Shown: piece after piece, positions 1 through 13,425 of the stretch
Layout: every line of letters starts with the position of its first letter
How positions within the stretch are numbered: the first letter of the stretch is position 1
Made by a program: the position numbers and the translations under genes
Source: the human T2T-CHM13v2.0 reference genome, Homo sapiens
NCBI RefSeq assembly: GCF_009914755.1
Contig: NC_060934.1
Direction: 5' to 3' (one strand)
Length of the DNA stretch: 64,000 bases
The notes under the pieces: generated by a model
What the model was told of the DNA's origin: nothing
What the model saw: the letters and a program-made list of their open reading frames with translations, nothing else
Database searches by the model: none

Positions 1-25
1 CAGAGTGAGCCCTATCTCAAAAAAA
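1..25 (+). mobile_element. Alu 3' end (cut by window edge)
   Basis: cagagtgagccctatctc followed by an A tail. Confidence 0.7.
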
Positions 26-448
26 GGAAAACAGGGACCAGGGAGACAGGGAAAAGGTTAGAATCACAATTTTGAAGGAAAGAAGGCACACACATACACA
101 AACATCTGTTTTTCATCTTGTGTGATGAGTTGCCCTTGAAAAGACAGGATCCTACTTTTCCTTAAATGTTTTGAAGCATATTAACCTGAGTATGGGAGGA
201 CCTACTTCTAACAAATACTGTACATTCATGGACAGAAGTGGGGAACTGAATTTCAGAAGCCACAGCTATGGAGCCCTGAAGAGATGCCCGGAGCCTGGGT
301 TTCAAGGCCCACAGGCACTGGAACTAGGCCTGGCAAGCACTGTCAGCTCAGCTCCTCGGTTGCTGTGTAGTAAAAAGCTGCCACTTAAGTATTGGAAGAA
401 TCATGGCTTTCAATGGAAATGGATTTCTTATACTGACAGTTTCTCCTG

Positions 449-730
449 GAGAACGTCTTGCTCTGTTGTCCAGGCTGGAGTGCAGGGATGCAATCATAGC
501 TCACTGCAGCCCTGACCTCTTGTGCTCAAGCCATCCTCCTCCCTCAGCTTCTCGAGTAGCTGCGACTACAGGAGTGAGCCACCACATCTGGCTATTTTTT
601 TTTTTTAATTTTGTAGAGATGCGTCCTCGTTATGTTGCCCAGGCTGTTCTCGAACTCCTGGCCCCAAGTGTACCTCCCGCCTTGGCCTCCCAAAGTGTTG
701 GGGTTATAGATGTGAGCCACTATTCCTGGC
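449..730 (-). mobile_element. Alu (old, AluJ-like)
   Basis: Dimeric Alu in reverse with central T-rich linker. Confidence 0.9.
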
Positions 731-1095
731 TGAAAGTTTTTTAAAATTAAAATATGGATAGTAGCAGTTTCAGTCTGAGCCACAGAGGGTGGCAGCATCA
801 ATGAATGGTAACTGCTGTTACAGAGTTCGGACCACAGCTTTCTAGTTTCAAAAACATGATTTTTAAAAGCATCCACAGGTGACTGGAAATCCTTAAGCAA
901 CATTAATAAACTTGTTATATAGTAACTTATATGCCAGAATGTTAATCTAATAGAGGAGAAGATAAGGAGAAACCACAACCATATTCAAAACATCAATATC
1001 TAATACTAAAGACTACGGAAAACTGTTATCAGAAGTCAGAAAGGCATGGAATGAAATCAAAGAACATTGTATAGTCTTAGAAAATATTTCATTGG

Positions 1096-1180
1096 GGCAA
1101 CCCGTTCGGGTCCCCTTCCACGCTGTGGAAGCTTTGTTCTTTCGCTCTTCACAATAAATCTTGCTGCTGCTCAAAAAAAA
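1096..1180 (+). mobile_element. Processed (polyadenylated) fragment of ERV9/LTR12 R region
   Basis: ggcaacccgttcgggtccccttccacgctgtggaagctttgttctttcgctcttcacAATAAAtcttgctgctgctc + A8 matches LTR12 R as I recall it. Candidate TSD atatttcattgg (1084-1095) / atattttattgg (1213-1224). Confidence 0.8.
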
Positions 1181-2949
1181 TATGTAATATAATATATATA
1201 TTTTATATATATATATTTTATTGGTCTCTGAGAAAGTCTCCCTTTGCAGTACGAACTAACCTTGTGGAGTGGCTAGATCATGACTGCTCACTTCAGCATC
1301 TGTCTCTTACTGAATGTTTCTTATCCTCTTGCTTTCTTGGGGGTCTGAGGATGGGGGGCTGTAGCATGTGTAAGAGATGACACTCACTAGACACACATTT
1401 TTGAGGGCTGCCCCGCAGCAGGAAGCGGCTCTGGAGGCCATGGGCCAATGAAGGTGCTGTGACGTTTACACTCACAGCCATCTGCAGCAGTCCACACTTT
1501 ATTACAGTTACAGTTAACATTTTCTTCCACAGTATTTCCTGATAATATTTAACAAAATAAATAATGAGACTAAACCCTAACTCATGTCAAATGAGTTTGA
1601 GCAATTATTACCTTACACACACTATACTGTCCCAATAGCCAGGTAATGAAATCTGATCTGGACACTCATTCTAGAAAATAGAGCAGTGCTGTCTGATTGG
1701 GGGCGGGAGGAGTATTCCCACGTCTTGGTCCTGCAGAGACAGCTCCCCGACAGCTCTGAGAAGCCCCAGGGCTCAGTGGCACCCGCTTTGAAACTCACCA
1801 ATGCAAAAAGGAGAATCAAGAAGTAAAAATCTGTCTGTATTCAATTGTATAAACAGTATAGCTTTGTCATGTAAGATACTAGCACAGCAATTAGTTACTG
1901 GTCTTCTGGGCTTCCTCCAAACCTCAAACCTTTGGTCCCCAGACCCACACACACACATTCATTCAGCTGAGGGGCAAATGAGATAAATCAAACTGTTTTA
2001 ATGGCCTCTTGGTATGCATTTCAAGAGAGTTGACATCAACCCAATTTTCTGCCAGCAGTGTATATAAGCGTTCATTTCGCTAACCATCAGTAGCATTATC
2101 ACTGGAAAAGAATTCTGTCCTTTGAAGAAAAGCAATGTTACGTTGTTTGAATGTGTCATTACTAGTGAATTAGAATAGCTGTCAGTATTTATTAATAGTT
2201 TTATTTCTTCTATTGTACATTATCCATGGCTTTTGCGTTTTATGTGGGGAGGGATATTCGTATTCATCTTAGTGGATAAATACCACCTTACTTGGAAAAT
2301 AGAGCCAAGGGTTAAATTCTAGGCAAAACCAACAGGAAAATCAGGGTAAGTTATCTAACTTACATTAGGTTGAATGAGAGATGGTATCTGCGTATAAAAT
2401 TTTAAATGATCCCTACAAAGTATAACTGGGAAAAAAATGTGGAGTTATGCTGCCACTTCTTTCCTAAAAGGTAAGCTTCCTTTTATTGATACGATGTTGT
2501 CTTACTCGAGTGCCTTCTCTAAAATACACAGAACCATGCAGTCCTCTATTTTACAGATGAAGTAACAGACTGTTTAAAAAGGTGACTCACTGAAAGCTCT
2601 TCATTGTTGGAATTCCTGGCCCAACATTCAAACCAGGCATGGCTTGCTTTTCTTCTGACACGTTTTAACCCCTCTACTAAATTTTTAGCGATATATATTT
2701 ACTCTTAAAATGAATTACAATTATTCTGTGATGTTCTTTGAGATAATCAAAAACTCTCTGGGATGTATCAGATTGAGGGCTGTGAATAGCATGAAAGATT
2801 GTGTTTATTTGACTAGTGTATATCACAGACCTATTCAAGTACCACCCATTTCTAAATTCTAACAGTCTTAGAAACCAGCTGTAGAAGCAGATTGATATAT
2901 TTTATCAGAATCCCCAAATTCCTACAACCGTCTCTTCCTAATGACTTTT

Positions 2950-3200
2950 CAGGTGGGGACACGTGCCAAGACGGCCAATAGATACCTGAAACCCGGGGTA
3001 GTGCTGAACCTTACTTACACTACGTTTTCTCCTATACACACCTGCCTATAATAAAGTTTAATTTAGAAGTCAGGCACAATGAGAGATTAACAACACTAAT
3101 AATAAACCAGAACAATTATAACACTATACTGTAGTAAAAGTTATGAGAATGCGGTCTCCCTGAAAACACCTTGCTGTCCTGTACTCACCGAATTTCAGAG
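2950..3200. mobile_element. MER44-like (Tigger-derived) DNA transposon fragment
   Basis: cctataataaagtttaatttagaagtcaggcacaatgagagattaacaac resembles the MER44 consensus. Confidence 0.6.
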
Positions 3201-3549
3201 CAGAGGACTCTGACTGACAGGTGTTCCCCGACTCCCAGTGGCGAAAGGTCCTCAGGGAAAACAGGTGAACGCTATCAAAGTATGCTTATCTCCGAACCTT
3301 TCTTAAACCAGAGTCTTAAGGGATCGTCTCTGATTAGGTCTAGAATTCCTCTCCATAGAAGATAACCTACTTCTCGCGCAAATCTGCAGTGTTCTTGCAG
3401 GGCTGCTGATGGGTGGTCCTGTTCTTTTCGCGGTCCTGTTTGCGCAGAGATGAAACGGGGAACTTAGCGTATCCCTACCGCTCTTTTTGATGACAGGAGT
3501 AAAGGGCTGTTCAGACTACCTAAACAATGTTGTTAAGAGAAGCACTCGT

Positions 3550-5250
3550 ACTTCTCAGACTTCGCTGTTCCGGACCCCGCGAGCCAGGGGCAGGCACCGG
3601 GTCCACCCGGGGCTGAGCTGCGGCGGCGCCTGACAATGCCCCCTCGCGCCCCGGCCTCGGCGCCCGCTCCCGGCTCCAGCGCGCCTGCACGTACGTAGCC
3701 TTCACGTGTGTGTGGATACGGAGTGCATGTGTGGAGACAGAGGAATATGCTCCAACAAATTTCGGATAGAGGCGCCGAAGACAGGACGTGGGGAAGGTAG
3801 GAGCCGCGTGCACGGCTCCGGCCCCGGGCGGGAGGCGGCCGCGAGCCGGGACGGCCGCGCGCAAGTCCGGCGCCAGCCGCTAGAGCCCCCAGTGCGCGGC
3901 CCGGCCGCGGGGCGCCTCGACCCGACACAATAAACTCCGAGGGCGGGCGGGCCGAGGGGCCGGTGGGGCCGAGCGGCCGCCCCGCGCGCATCGCCATGTG
4001 AGCGGCTGCCGCGGCTTCGCGGGGACCCAACTTTCCCGGGCGGCGGCGCCCAACTTCCCGCCGCCCGCTCCGGCCCCGCAGGCCCGCGGCGCCAGGGGAA
4101 GACGCGAGTAAGTGCGGGCGGCGGTGCCCTCCCGGCCCTCACCCCGCACGCGGCGACCCGGCCGCCTAGCCTCCCTCGCTCAGGCGCGACCGCGGCGTTC
4201 TCTGAGGTGGAGTATTACAAACATGGCGCCCCTCGAGCCCGGAGCCCTTCGCGCGGAGCCGGCGGCGGGGTCCGGGCGGGGGGGAGCCGGGGAGGAGGGA
4301 GGAGGCCGGCAGGGAGGAGGAGGAGGCGGCCTGAGCGTCCCCCCCGCCCCCCGCGCCCGTCGCCGGCTCAGGCCCGAGAGGCGCCGGGCGGCGGGAAGGA
4401 GGCGGCACCGGAGGGGAGGGCCGGGCGCGGCGGCGGCGGCGGTGGAGGAGCCGGAGCATAATGGTGGGGAAAGCTCGGCGGCGGGGCGGCGGGGCGGGCG
4501 GGGGCGTCCGTGGAGATGGCGCGGCCCGCGCGGTGGAGCCTGCCTGGCCGCGGCCTCTGGGGCGGCGGCGGCACCAGTGGGTGCTGACGGTCGCTCGCCC
4601 GCTCGCGAAGAGCTCCGAGCTGCCGGGGAGCTTTGTGGATGGCGGGGCGGGCCGGGCCGGCGGGGCCTGCGAGGGCGGCGGCGGGGCCTGCGGAGGCTGC
4701 CGGCCCGCGCCCACTCGCCTTGGGCGGCCGCGGAAGAGGCCCCGGGATGAGGCCCCGGAGGACCGCGCGGGGCCTGCTCGGGCCGGGAAGCCGCGGAGTC
4801 GCGTGAGCACCGCCCGCCGGGCCCTGTGCCCCGCTTTCGGTCAGGCCTCCTGGGCCCGTGCGCAGTCCGGGCCGGCGGGGAACGCGGCTCCGGGCGTGTG
4901 GCGGGCGGAGAGGAAGCGTTTGTCGGCGCGGCACGTCGTGTGCTAGCCCGGGAGCGGCGGGCAGGGCTGGCCCCGAGGCCCGGGGCGGAGATTCGTCGGT
5001 CCCCCGGGGCTGTGAGCGACCCCGGCAGCGAGGCCGCCGCCTCAACAGGTCCTCGCGGACCTCCGGGACAGTCCTGTGGGGTCCGCCGCCCTCCTCCCAC
5101 CCAGAGCTCCGGGGAGAAGCTGCTGAGGACGCGGCTGGGACGAGGGGGGGCGCCGGGACCCGGACTTTCACTTGCAGTCTCTCCTCGCGCTTTTCTCCCG
5201 AGCCGGGAGGAGGAGGAGCTGGCGATGTGTGCGCCGTGCCCGGTGTCTTT
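3550..5250. promoter_or_regulatory. CpG-island promoter of ZMYND11
   Basis: Very GC- and CpG-rich. Contains GC boxes, YY1-type motifs (CGCCATGT ~3992, AACATGGCG ~4220, AGATGGCG ~4514) and an E-box CACGTG at 3703-3708; an E2F-like TTTTCGCG lies just upstream (~3425). Confidence 0.93.
4360..4463 (+). other. ZMYND11: ZMYND11 non-coding exon 1 (5' boundary approximate)
   Basis: GC-rich exon ending GGAGCATAATG|gtgggg. Joining it to 48930 gives GGAGCATAATG-CTAAAGAAGTAAACAGGTCATGGCA, matching my recollection of the BS69 mRNA 5' end. The TSS cannot be determined from sequence. Confidence 0.7.
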
Positions 5251-5269
5251 TGCAGAGTGACCGCCGTAC

Positions 5270-6170
5270 CTGTTTTATTCGTGTGTACCAGTGCTCGTTG
5301 TGCAGTGCGGTGTCCTATGCGGTGGGTACGCAGTACCGGGGATTATATATGGTGTGTACTCTGTGTCATATGCAGTGTGCTCGAAGTACCCGGTGTCGTA
5401 CCGGCTATCATACACGGTGTGTACATGTATCTTCCTCGCTTAGGCTGTGCACTCAGCCCCCGGTATTGTGTGCAGTAGGTGCCTGGTACCCTGCTGCCAT
5501 ATGAGCTGTGCGTGTGGTACTCCATGTTATATACGAGTGTATGTAGTATCTGGATAGTATTGAATATATTTACCTTACCTGTTGTCACATACAGTGTGTA
5601 TGTAGTACCTGGTGTCATATATGCGGTGTGTATAGTACCAGGTGTCATATACTGTGTGCACACAGTACTTGGGGTCATATATGGTGTGTACATAGTATCC
5701 TTTCACACTGTGTATGCAGCACCCAGTGTCATATACAGCCCTTACGCGGTTCCCGGTATTTTGTGCAGTATGTGCACGGTACCGTGCTGCCATATGCGGT
5801 GTGTATGCAGTATTCAATGTCATATACGTTAGGTATATAGTATCTGGTGTCATATACAGTGTATATACACTACCTGGTGTTATCTATGTTTTGTATATAT
5901 ATCTGGTGGCATGTACAGTATGTATACATTACATAGTGTTATATATGGTGTGTAGGTAGTACCCAATGTCATATGCCATGCATATATGGTACCCAATGTC
6001 ATATGCACCATGCATGCACTATCCTTGTCACATAAGCTGTACTCAGTGTCAGATGCAGTGTGTACCTAGTACCGAGTGTCATATGTACTGTGTACACAGT
6101 ACCCACTGTCATATTCAGGGTATCTAGTACCCTGGGTCATATACAGTGTGTACATGGTATCTGGTGTCAA
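5270..6170. repeat. Degenerate ~28-30 bp tandem repeat (GTACCYRGTGTCATATRY...TGTGTRCAYA) at the CpG-island shore
   Basis: Recurrent gtacc..gtgtcatat..gtgtgta units, e.g. at 5605, 5635 and 6068. Confidence 0.8.
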
Positions 6171-6972
6171 GAATGTGAGCCTGGAGGAGATACCCAGGTG
6201 GCCCATTCAGGACCCTGCTGGTAGGAGGGAGTGGTGCAGGTTGGGTTTTTAGGGAGGTCTAGAGCCCTTGGTCCTCCTCACTTAGGTGTTCTGCATCCCA
6301 CAGTAAGCTGAGTCATATGGAGGCAAGAACATTCTTAAAAATAATTTAATCTGTTTGTCCAAAAGCAGAAAGTAAATGTTTACTTGTTTTCCTGTAAACT
6401 GAGAAATATAGTAATTTTAGCTTAGTAATTATGGTGTGCACAACGTTTTCAGATTTTTGAGGTTGATTTTAATTAATGGTTGGATGTTATCAGGGAGATA
6501 GTGTTGGTTGTACTTTGAAAGTTGAAAAGTTAGAGTGCTTTCTGGTAGGCAGGGTCATCTTTGTAGTTTTTCTGAATGTCTTTTTACAAGCAGGAGAAAA
6601 AATATGAATGTCTGTAGAGGCATTTAATTTGCCTTGTCTTTGACTAACTGGCACAGGTTACATTATAGTTGTTATTTTTGGTTGACTCATCTTTATAAGA
6701 TGACCAGGCTAGAGAATCAGAGATCAGAGGATATGGGATGTGATTATGACAGAATCAAAATATTTGTCTTGCTTGACTCTGTTACTTAAAGGATTTCTGT
6801 ATTTCACATGGTGCTTTTCCCCCATAGAGATTGCTCATATGAAAACCAACTCTTCCTTTTACAGTCTCTAAATTGGACAATTTATTTTTGCAATTACCAT
6901 TTGTGAGGTGTTTAAATAAATGTACATGTACGAGCTTCCAGCTTCACAAAAAGAAATCAATTAAAATGTTAA

Positions 6973-7320
<348 letters not shown>

Positions 7321-7744
7321 CTGTTGGCGTTTTGAATGGATGTCATGCATGTTTCAATGAATGACATATGTTTATTTGGACTCTCATCCTTCGGTAACCC
7401 TCTGAGTTTTTTCTTCTTAGGGTTGTTACAGTAGTGTATAATAGAGGCATTCATACTCTTTGGCATACCTTAATTGAGACACTACTTGGACCTAACTAAG
7501 AATTTTAATACTTGCTATAAAAGTATCAAATGTTGCTGTAAATTGCTTACTTAAAGCCCTAACCCTCTGGTATCAGATTTTTGGTAACTTTCTTGTCCTT
7601 CAGTTGAATTCTACATGGAGAACATTATTACCTTTCAGCAAAGAGGATGTATCTTGGAAAAAAAAAAAAGAGAAAATAGACTTAGCCTTATGATAGTTAA
7701 AACTTTTCACTGTTTGAAAACCTTAAATTGGATTTAACACTGAA

Positions 7745-8009
7745 TTTTCTTTTTTCTTTTTTTGAGACACTCACTCTCGCTCTGTCGCCCAGGCTGGAGT
7801 GCAGTGGCACAATCTTGGCTCACTGCAGCCTCTGCCTCCTGGGTTCAAGTGATTCTCCTGCTTCAGCCTGGGATTATAGGCGCCCGCCACTGTGCCTGGC
7901 TAATTTTTCTATTTCACCATGCCGGTCTTAAACTCCTGGCCTCAAATGATCCGCCTGCCTTGGCTTCCCAAAGCGCTGGGACTATAGGCATGAGCCACTG
8001 TGCCTGGCC
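7745..8009 (-). mobile_element. Alu with internal deletions
   Basis: Alu consensus match in reverse. Confidence 0.88.
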
Positions 8010-8608
8010 TATCATTACTTTGATGAATGATATTATTATTCATCTATTTTAATTCATTTGAATAATACAAATAACTAAAATACACAGTGTGAGAGTTCTT
8101 ATTTTAACCATTGGTTTTATGTTAATATTTTTCTTTTTTTCATATCTGGCACTCTGTCCATAACTGCTTCAGGTTGCATTTTCTATATTTCCTTGAAGCA
8201 GATAGACTTTCTGAATAAAGGAAAACTGGTGTTTTCTCTTCATTAGATCTTCATTAAACCCTCACCAACATTTCTACTAGGAATTCAGCATATGTGAGTT
8301 TATTTCTACCAATATCTCTTATATACTTTCAGTTACTTGCAGTGCCATTATCAAGTTTTCAAAACAAATGTAAATCTGCTTTGATACAGTGATTTGTGCA
8401 GATGTTAGTGACCTGGAGGTTGTTCATCAGGTTTTCAGTGTTTTGTCTTCTCTTAGTCTCCACTTTTGAAATGTTTAGTAGCTACAATTTTATAACATAA
8501 ATGAGGACCATAATAATAATATATCATGTATTGTCTGTCTACTGTATATCAGCCACTGTGCAAAGTTACTTACACGTACACTGTCCAACTTAAACTTACA
8601 CATGGTCC

Positions 8609-8931
<323 letters not shown>

Positions 8932-9003
8932 TAGCAGTCAGTCTTCCTTTTAATTATGGAAAGTTCACCTTGTAGCACACTCTTATAATTGCATCCTATC
9001 CCA

Positions 9004-9030
9004 GACACACACACACACACATACACACGC
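9004..9030. repeat. (CA)n microsatellite
   Basis: Directly visible. Confidence 0.9.
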
Positions 9031-11012
9031 AGAAACAGAAGAGAAGTGGGTGAGATATTTTTTGAGACAGAATGTGATTTGTATAACATAAAAGTTTGAG
9101 AGTCTCTGGGATAAGAGGTCAATGATAGAAATGAAGATAATGTGAGGGAGATAAGAACCCAAATCAAAATACCCAATACAATAGTCCTTTTGAATAATCA
9201 TGGCTTAGCTGTGGTTTTAAAAACATATGCAGAAATGATTTATTGCTTAAGGAAAGATTTGTGTGTGGGCACCTGCTGTTACTGTTTTTCCATTAGAAAA
9301 TCCATAGAGTTATTTAGTTTGTATCATGGAAATGCTATACAAGTTTTAGTATCAAAATTATTTGCAAATGCAAAGAAATCTGTAAAATAAAAAATATTTT
9401 TAGTGTTTGTGTTATCCATTATTAGGTCTTAGGAGAGAAATTTGGCAAATTATTAGACATAAATATTTAACTCAATTCAAAAAATAACCTAATTAGATAT
9501 TTAATCTTTCATTGCATATATATTTTTCCTGTTCAGCAGTAATTTCCTGATTTTTATCTCAGGTTTCTTTTAAAGAGAATTTAGCACATTGGAAAATATT
9601 TTCATAATTAAAGTGCTGGGTAAATTCTTTTAAAATGTGTTCAATCAGATAGAAGTAGAAATACCCTTACGTGCACATACTTAAGCTATTCACACTATTA
9701 GGTAATTGTGAAGTTACAGTTGCATTGAGTATGTGGCACATTTCATTTAATGTTGGTAACATCTGCAAATGTCCAGAGTGTTTGCTTCATAAATGTCTAA
9801 AAGTTTGCCCACTTTTATGTAAAACTAAAGAAGTAGAAATGACAAAAGTAATAGAATACTACTGTATCAGAGTTTTAAAGGAATCATATGGACTCTTCGA
9901 TCTGTTTGTTTTTCAGAGATGAGAGGGATATGTTTACAGACCACATTAGCTTACACATTAATTGGAAAATGTGTTTCGCTGAAATACACACAGTATTTTC
10001 ATTTTTCTGTAAACTTAATATTTAGGTATAGTAGGTAAACTAGTTTTACATCAGTGTGTTTATAGTTCAAGTTACTTCATAATTTGTTTCATAAGATCAC
10101 ACTAAAATATTGTCTATTTTCATATAAGGAGAATATATGCAATTTTAATATCTTGACCCCATTTATTAATACATTGTTATTTATCGAAACTCTGGTATGT
10201 GCCATATCTTAGATGCCGAGGCGAGCAAGATGAGGGAGGGTTCTTGCCATTGTAGAGTTTTCAGTTCAGAGTAACACATTTACTGAAGCAAGCACAATAA
10301 AATGTAAAGGCAAGAGGACTGCTTGAGCCCAGGAGTTTGAGGCTACAGTGAGCTAAATCAGCTACTGCACTCCGACCTGGGTACTGTAGGACACTGTATG
10401 AATTAAGATAAGTCGTATTTGTGTTAAGATTACTTGCAAAGTCTTAGCACTGATGATTTAAAATTTATCCCAATTTGTAACTTTGAGATTTTACTATATT
10501 AACAACCTGAGGGTTTTTAAAGCAACTTTATTATGATTGGTAACTTTTAAAGTACTCTGTTGAAAAGTAGAGCTGTATTAAATATCAAACATATATTGTG
10601 TTCTCCAGATATTATCTGAGCATTTAAATGAAAGGTAGATCCAATTTAAATTTTTAGTTTTTTGTTCTCTGAGGTTTGGTCTGCATGTTATGTTAATTTA
10701 AAATATAGGTTAAGAGCAAAGGATCTTCATTCCTAGTTTAAACATTTATCATGTGAACATGAAAGATATTAAAAAATTCAAAGGATTTCTGTTGAGAGCT
10801 TGTCATACAATATTAGCTCTCATAACTCGGGTTAAAAAGGCTATTTTTAAAAATTGGGAAGATATTTTGGTTTATAGCAAGACAATCTGATTTGTATACA
10901 TTTTAATTTGGCTGTACACATTAGGTCGCTTTATGAGTCTACTTTGTAAGCAGTTTTTAGGAAGCTGGGTTTAATCATGAGAGTTGTTTGTGGCAGCACC
11001 ATTTGTGTTATT

Positions 11013-11294
11013 TGTGTTTTGTTTTGCTTTTAGACAGGGTCTCATTCTGTAGGGAGCACAGTGGCGAGAACTCTGGTCACTGCCACCTCCACTTCCTGGG
11101 CTCAAGTGATCCTCACACCTCAGCCTCCCCAGGAGCTAGAACTATAGGTCTGTGCCACCATGCCTGGCTAATTTTTTGTAGTGATGGGGTTTCACCATGT
11201 TACCCACGCTGGTCCCAAACTCCTGAGCTCAAGCGAACCACCTGACTCGTTCTCAAAGTGTTAAGATTAGAGGTGTGACCCACCTTGCCCAGCC
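11013..11294 (-). mobile_element. Old diverged Alu (AluJ-like)
   Basis: Alu motifs in reverse. Confidence 0.85.
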
Positions 11295-12760
11295 TGTTTT
11301 TTTAAAGGTGTCACTTTTTGAGCATCTCACATACTAGGCAATTCGCATATCCCATTTAGTCCTCACAGAGGCGTCATGAGGGATGTGTCATTGTAACAAT
11401 TTATAATGAGGGAATAGACTTAGAAGGGTTAAGTTACTGGTGCCCAAGGTCATAGAGACATAATCAAATTGGTCTGAATTCCAATGTATGACTACCACAC
11501 CTGTAACCTGCTATGCTACTCTGTCTCCCTAAAACCCATAAACTTCTTAAATCTTTACAGTGATATTCCTTCATTTTCCCAATGCACTTTTATAAGTCTG
11601 CAAAAGTACGTAATATTAACAAAGTGTAAAACTATGCCCACTCTGCTTATAAAAGCAGGAGGTAGAAAGACAGGAGTATTAGGAAACTCTGGGCAATCAA
11701 AACATTCTATCTATGAAGTTCTGGTTAATGCCAACTCACCGGTAATGACAGGTAGTAATCTGAGAACAAGCATAGATAATTGGTTCATTTTCTTGCTGTC
11801 ACTATGGTAGCTCACATTAGGAAGATAACTTGGTTCAGGGGCAGGAGCACTGGAGGCGGGGCACCTGCAGGTCTTCATTTTAATACTCACATAATGGTGA
11901 AAATTGTTTGAAAATATTTGGAATTAACACCAACACTAAAGTATTCTTGCTGTCTTGGAAAGGGAAGTCATTGTCTTGAGGAATCTTGTGTAAGTTCAAT
12001 TTGGATTCAGAGAGCTAATTTCTGGAAAGCTGTATTAAATGCTAAGGCTTCAGCATTCCACTGGGTGTGCCGTCATCTAACATAAAATAATACCATTTTG
12101 TGAGAAGCGTATGGTAAAGAGAGAAATAATCGAGTTGTAGCACCCACAGATTGAGATCATCCTGACACTCAGCAGTGATGCTGCAACGGGATAATTGAGG
12201 GCTAGGCATGGGGGAAGCTCTCGCAACTTTTGAAAGCTATTATGAATTTTTTAGTTTTCTCTTGTAGATTCTTGATTTATCTGCCTCTTGCTTGTTTTTC
12301 TATCTCGAAAGTATGTCTGAGAAATGCTGTTTTAGAGAGCAGGTCCTTAATTTTCTATTGAATTTTGACATGGAGCCCTTCCTCAATTAATATAAAATAT
12401 ACCTACTTTCACTGCCCAGTTCTTGCAATACAAAAAAAATGAGAAAAATTTATTTGGGCTTTCCATTGATGTCATATTTAATAGGTTTTGAGAGGAGGTT
12501 ATTTACCATTAGAGATGTTGTCTTTTTAAATTATAGAGGATATAAGTCTACAGTATTTTTTTCTACTGTACTTACAATTTGGCATTTGCTTGTATGTTTA
12601 GAAATATCAAATTTAATATTAAAGTACCAGAGATCTTTTATTTCACAATACTTATTTTACCAGTCTGCACGTATATGTTCTACAGTTATAACTTTACGAA
12701 GCCTTTCACTTGTGATCAATATTCATGTTGGATTGTTTCAGGTAAGAAACTGCCATTTGA

Positions 12761-12925
12761 GGCAGGGTCAGGTAGCTCACGCCTGTCATCACAACACTTT
12801 GGGAGGCCGAGGCGGGCAGATCACTTGAGCCCAGGAGGCAGAGGTTGCAGTGAGCGGAGATCATGCCACTGCACTACAGCCTGGGCCACAGAGCAAGACC
12901 CTGCCTCAATTAAAAAAAAAAAAAA
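12761..12925 (+). mobile_element. Monomer-length Alu (left-arm 5' part fused to right-arm 3' part)
   Basis: cactttgggaggccgaggcgggcagatcac joined to ttgagcccaggaggcagaggttgcag; A tail; TSD aaactgccatttga. Confidence 0.85.
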
Positions 12926-13114
12926 CTGCCATTTGAATCATTTGAAAGTTTTTTTTTAATATTTTAAGGACTATTCAAATAAAAATAATTTTAGTCTTAG
13001 TTATTTTCAAATGAATTAAAAGCTGAACAGCCAGCAGTACAATTTAAAGTTAGACTTTCTCTCTGCTCATGCTGAGGAAAAATTTACTATCATTGCAGTA
13101 GTATTTGTACCTCA

Positions 13115-13425
13115 TTTATTTATTTTAATTTTTGTTTTTTACGACAGAATCTTGCTCTGTTGCCCAGGCTGGAGTGCAGTAGCACCATAACTGCTCACTG
13201 CAGCCTTGATTTCCTGGGGTCAGGCCATCCTCCTGCCTCAACTTCTTGAGTAGCTGGGACTATAGGCGCATGCCACCACACCTGGCTAATTTTTGTATTT
13301 TTTTGGCAGAGGGGAGAGTTTTGCCATGTTGCCCAGGATCATCTCGAACACCTAGGCTCAAGTGTTCTGCCCATCACGGCCTCCCAAAGTGTTGGGATTA
13401 CAGATGTGAGCCACCTTGCCTGGCC
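13115..13425 (-). mobile_element. Alu (AluJ-like)
   Basis: Alu consensus match in reverse. Confidence 0.9.

Noticed and set aside
3520-5500. Many 100-300 aa ORFs on both strands
   Set aside because: Low-complexity Arg/Gly/Pro/Ala translations expected from stop-poor GC-rich DNA; no recognisable domain.
5343-5959. Repetitive ORFs (YMTPGT.. / VIYxV..)
   Set aside because: Translations of the degenerate tandem repeat.
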